The notes beneath the pieces were generated by a model. The model did no database searches. It saw only the letters and a program-made list of their open reading frames with translations, and was not told where the DNA came from. Positions 63,801-64,000 of a stretch of DNA of 64,000 nucleotides are shown piece after piece (position 1 is the first letter of the stretch; each line of letters begins with the position of its first letter). Made by a program: the position numbers and the translations under genes. Origin of the DNA: Nymphaea colorata (lineage: Eukaryota). The stretch is from NCBI RefSeq assembly GCF_008831285.2, contig NC_045138.2:37386001-37450000 (forward strand), in the 5' to 3' direction.

Positions 63801-64000
63801 TTAAAAAGGCACAATGTAAGTCTCATGATCGACTGTAATTGTTACACTATAAATTCAGTTCATCTTTGATCCTAAACTGAGTTGGTAAAACTGTTGCAGA
63901 CTATAACTTGTTTATAAATTGTGGAGGAGTGGAATATAAAATAAATGAAACAAAGTATGAAGCCGATGTGATGCGAAAGGGAGCAGCAATGTCTTTCATC
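53824..64000 (+). CDS. LRR-malectin receptor-like kinase (LRR-VIII-2 type), 5' part only; exons 53824-53968, 57149-57317, 57398-57469, 58647-58715, 58854-58925, 59011-59082, 59201-59272, 59344-59415, 59503-59574, 59655-59726, 59818-59889, 61793-61864, 62050-62115, 62705-62764, 63195-63233, 63776-63815, 63900->64000
   Basis: Signal peptide ending LPKQEVAALKQIA; N-cap WNFTIDPC...VTCDCS...VCHITSI; a series of phase-2, mostly 72-nt single-LRR exons (DLTRNYLNGSLP, LEANQLEGPLP, LSFNNLSGDVP); then CLRKDFPC and the malectin start YNLFINCGG...KYEAD. The kinase domain lies beyond the window and is inferred. Confidence 0.92.
57717..58064. mobile_element. MITE-like insertion in RLK intron 3
   Basis: Inverted ends CTATG-ACATGG ... 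CCATGTTACATAG, internal GTGTC/GACAC repeats and a (TA)n tract. The 9-mer GCGTCTATG occurs at both ends (57717, 58056). Confidence 0.55.

Overview
Eukaryotic (flowering-plant) nuclear DNA: AT-rich, with spliceosomal introns and microsatellites, so the ORF track breaks up most genes. Gene models were assembled by hand from splice sites and reading frame. In order: (1) a 3-exon small uncharacterised gene (996-3038); (2) an intact 14-exon MLO gene (13809-18007), with a GC-AG intron and a perfect 78-bp-arm inverted repeat in intron 11; (3) a tandem cluster of intronless, GPI-type fasciclin-like arabinogalactan (FLA) genes: an in-frame 'mini-FLA' lacking most of its FAS1 domain (19463), a signal-peptide-only fragment (23426) and three complete genes (24130, 26031, 33134); (4) a ~2.5-kb local duplication (16921-19531 vs 21047-23491) that copied the MLO 3' end (now frameshifted) and the mini-FLA promoter/start; (5) a 5 x 62-bp tandem array; (6) the thylakoid PP2C TAP38/PPH1 (39343-43655, GC-AG intron), tail-to-tail with a single-domain CA1P-phosphatase-like histidine phosphatase (47584-44252); (7) the 5' part of an LRR-malectin (LRR-VIII-2 type) receptor kinase (53824 to window end). 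Several short hAT-like MITEs with 8-bp TSDs are present. I see no new multi-gene 'system' that can be firmly supported. The most interesting signals are the mini-FLA, the intronic perfect hairpin next to a duplication breakpoint, and the reshuffled MLO-FLA locus.
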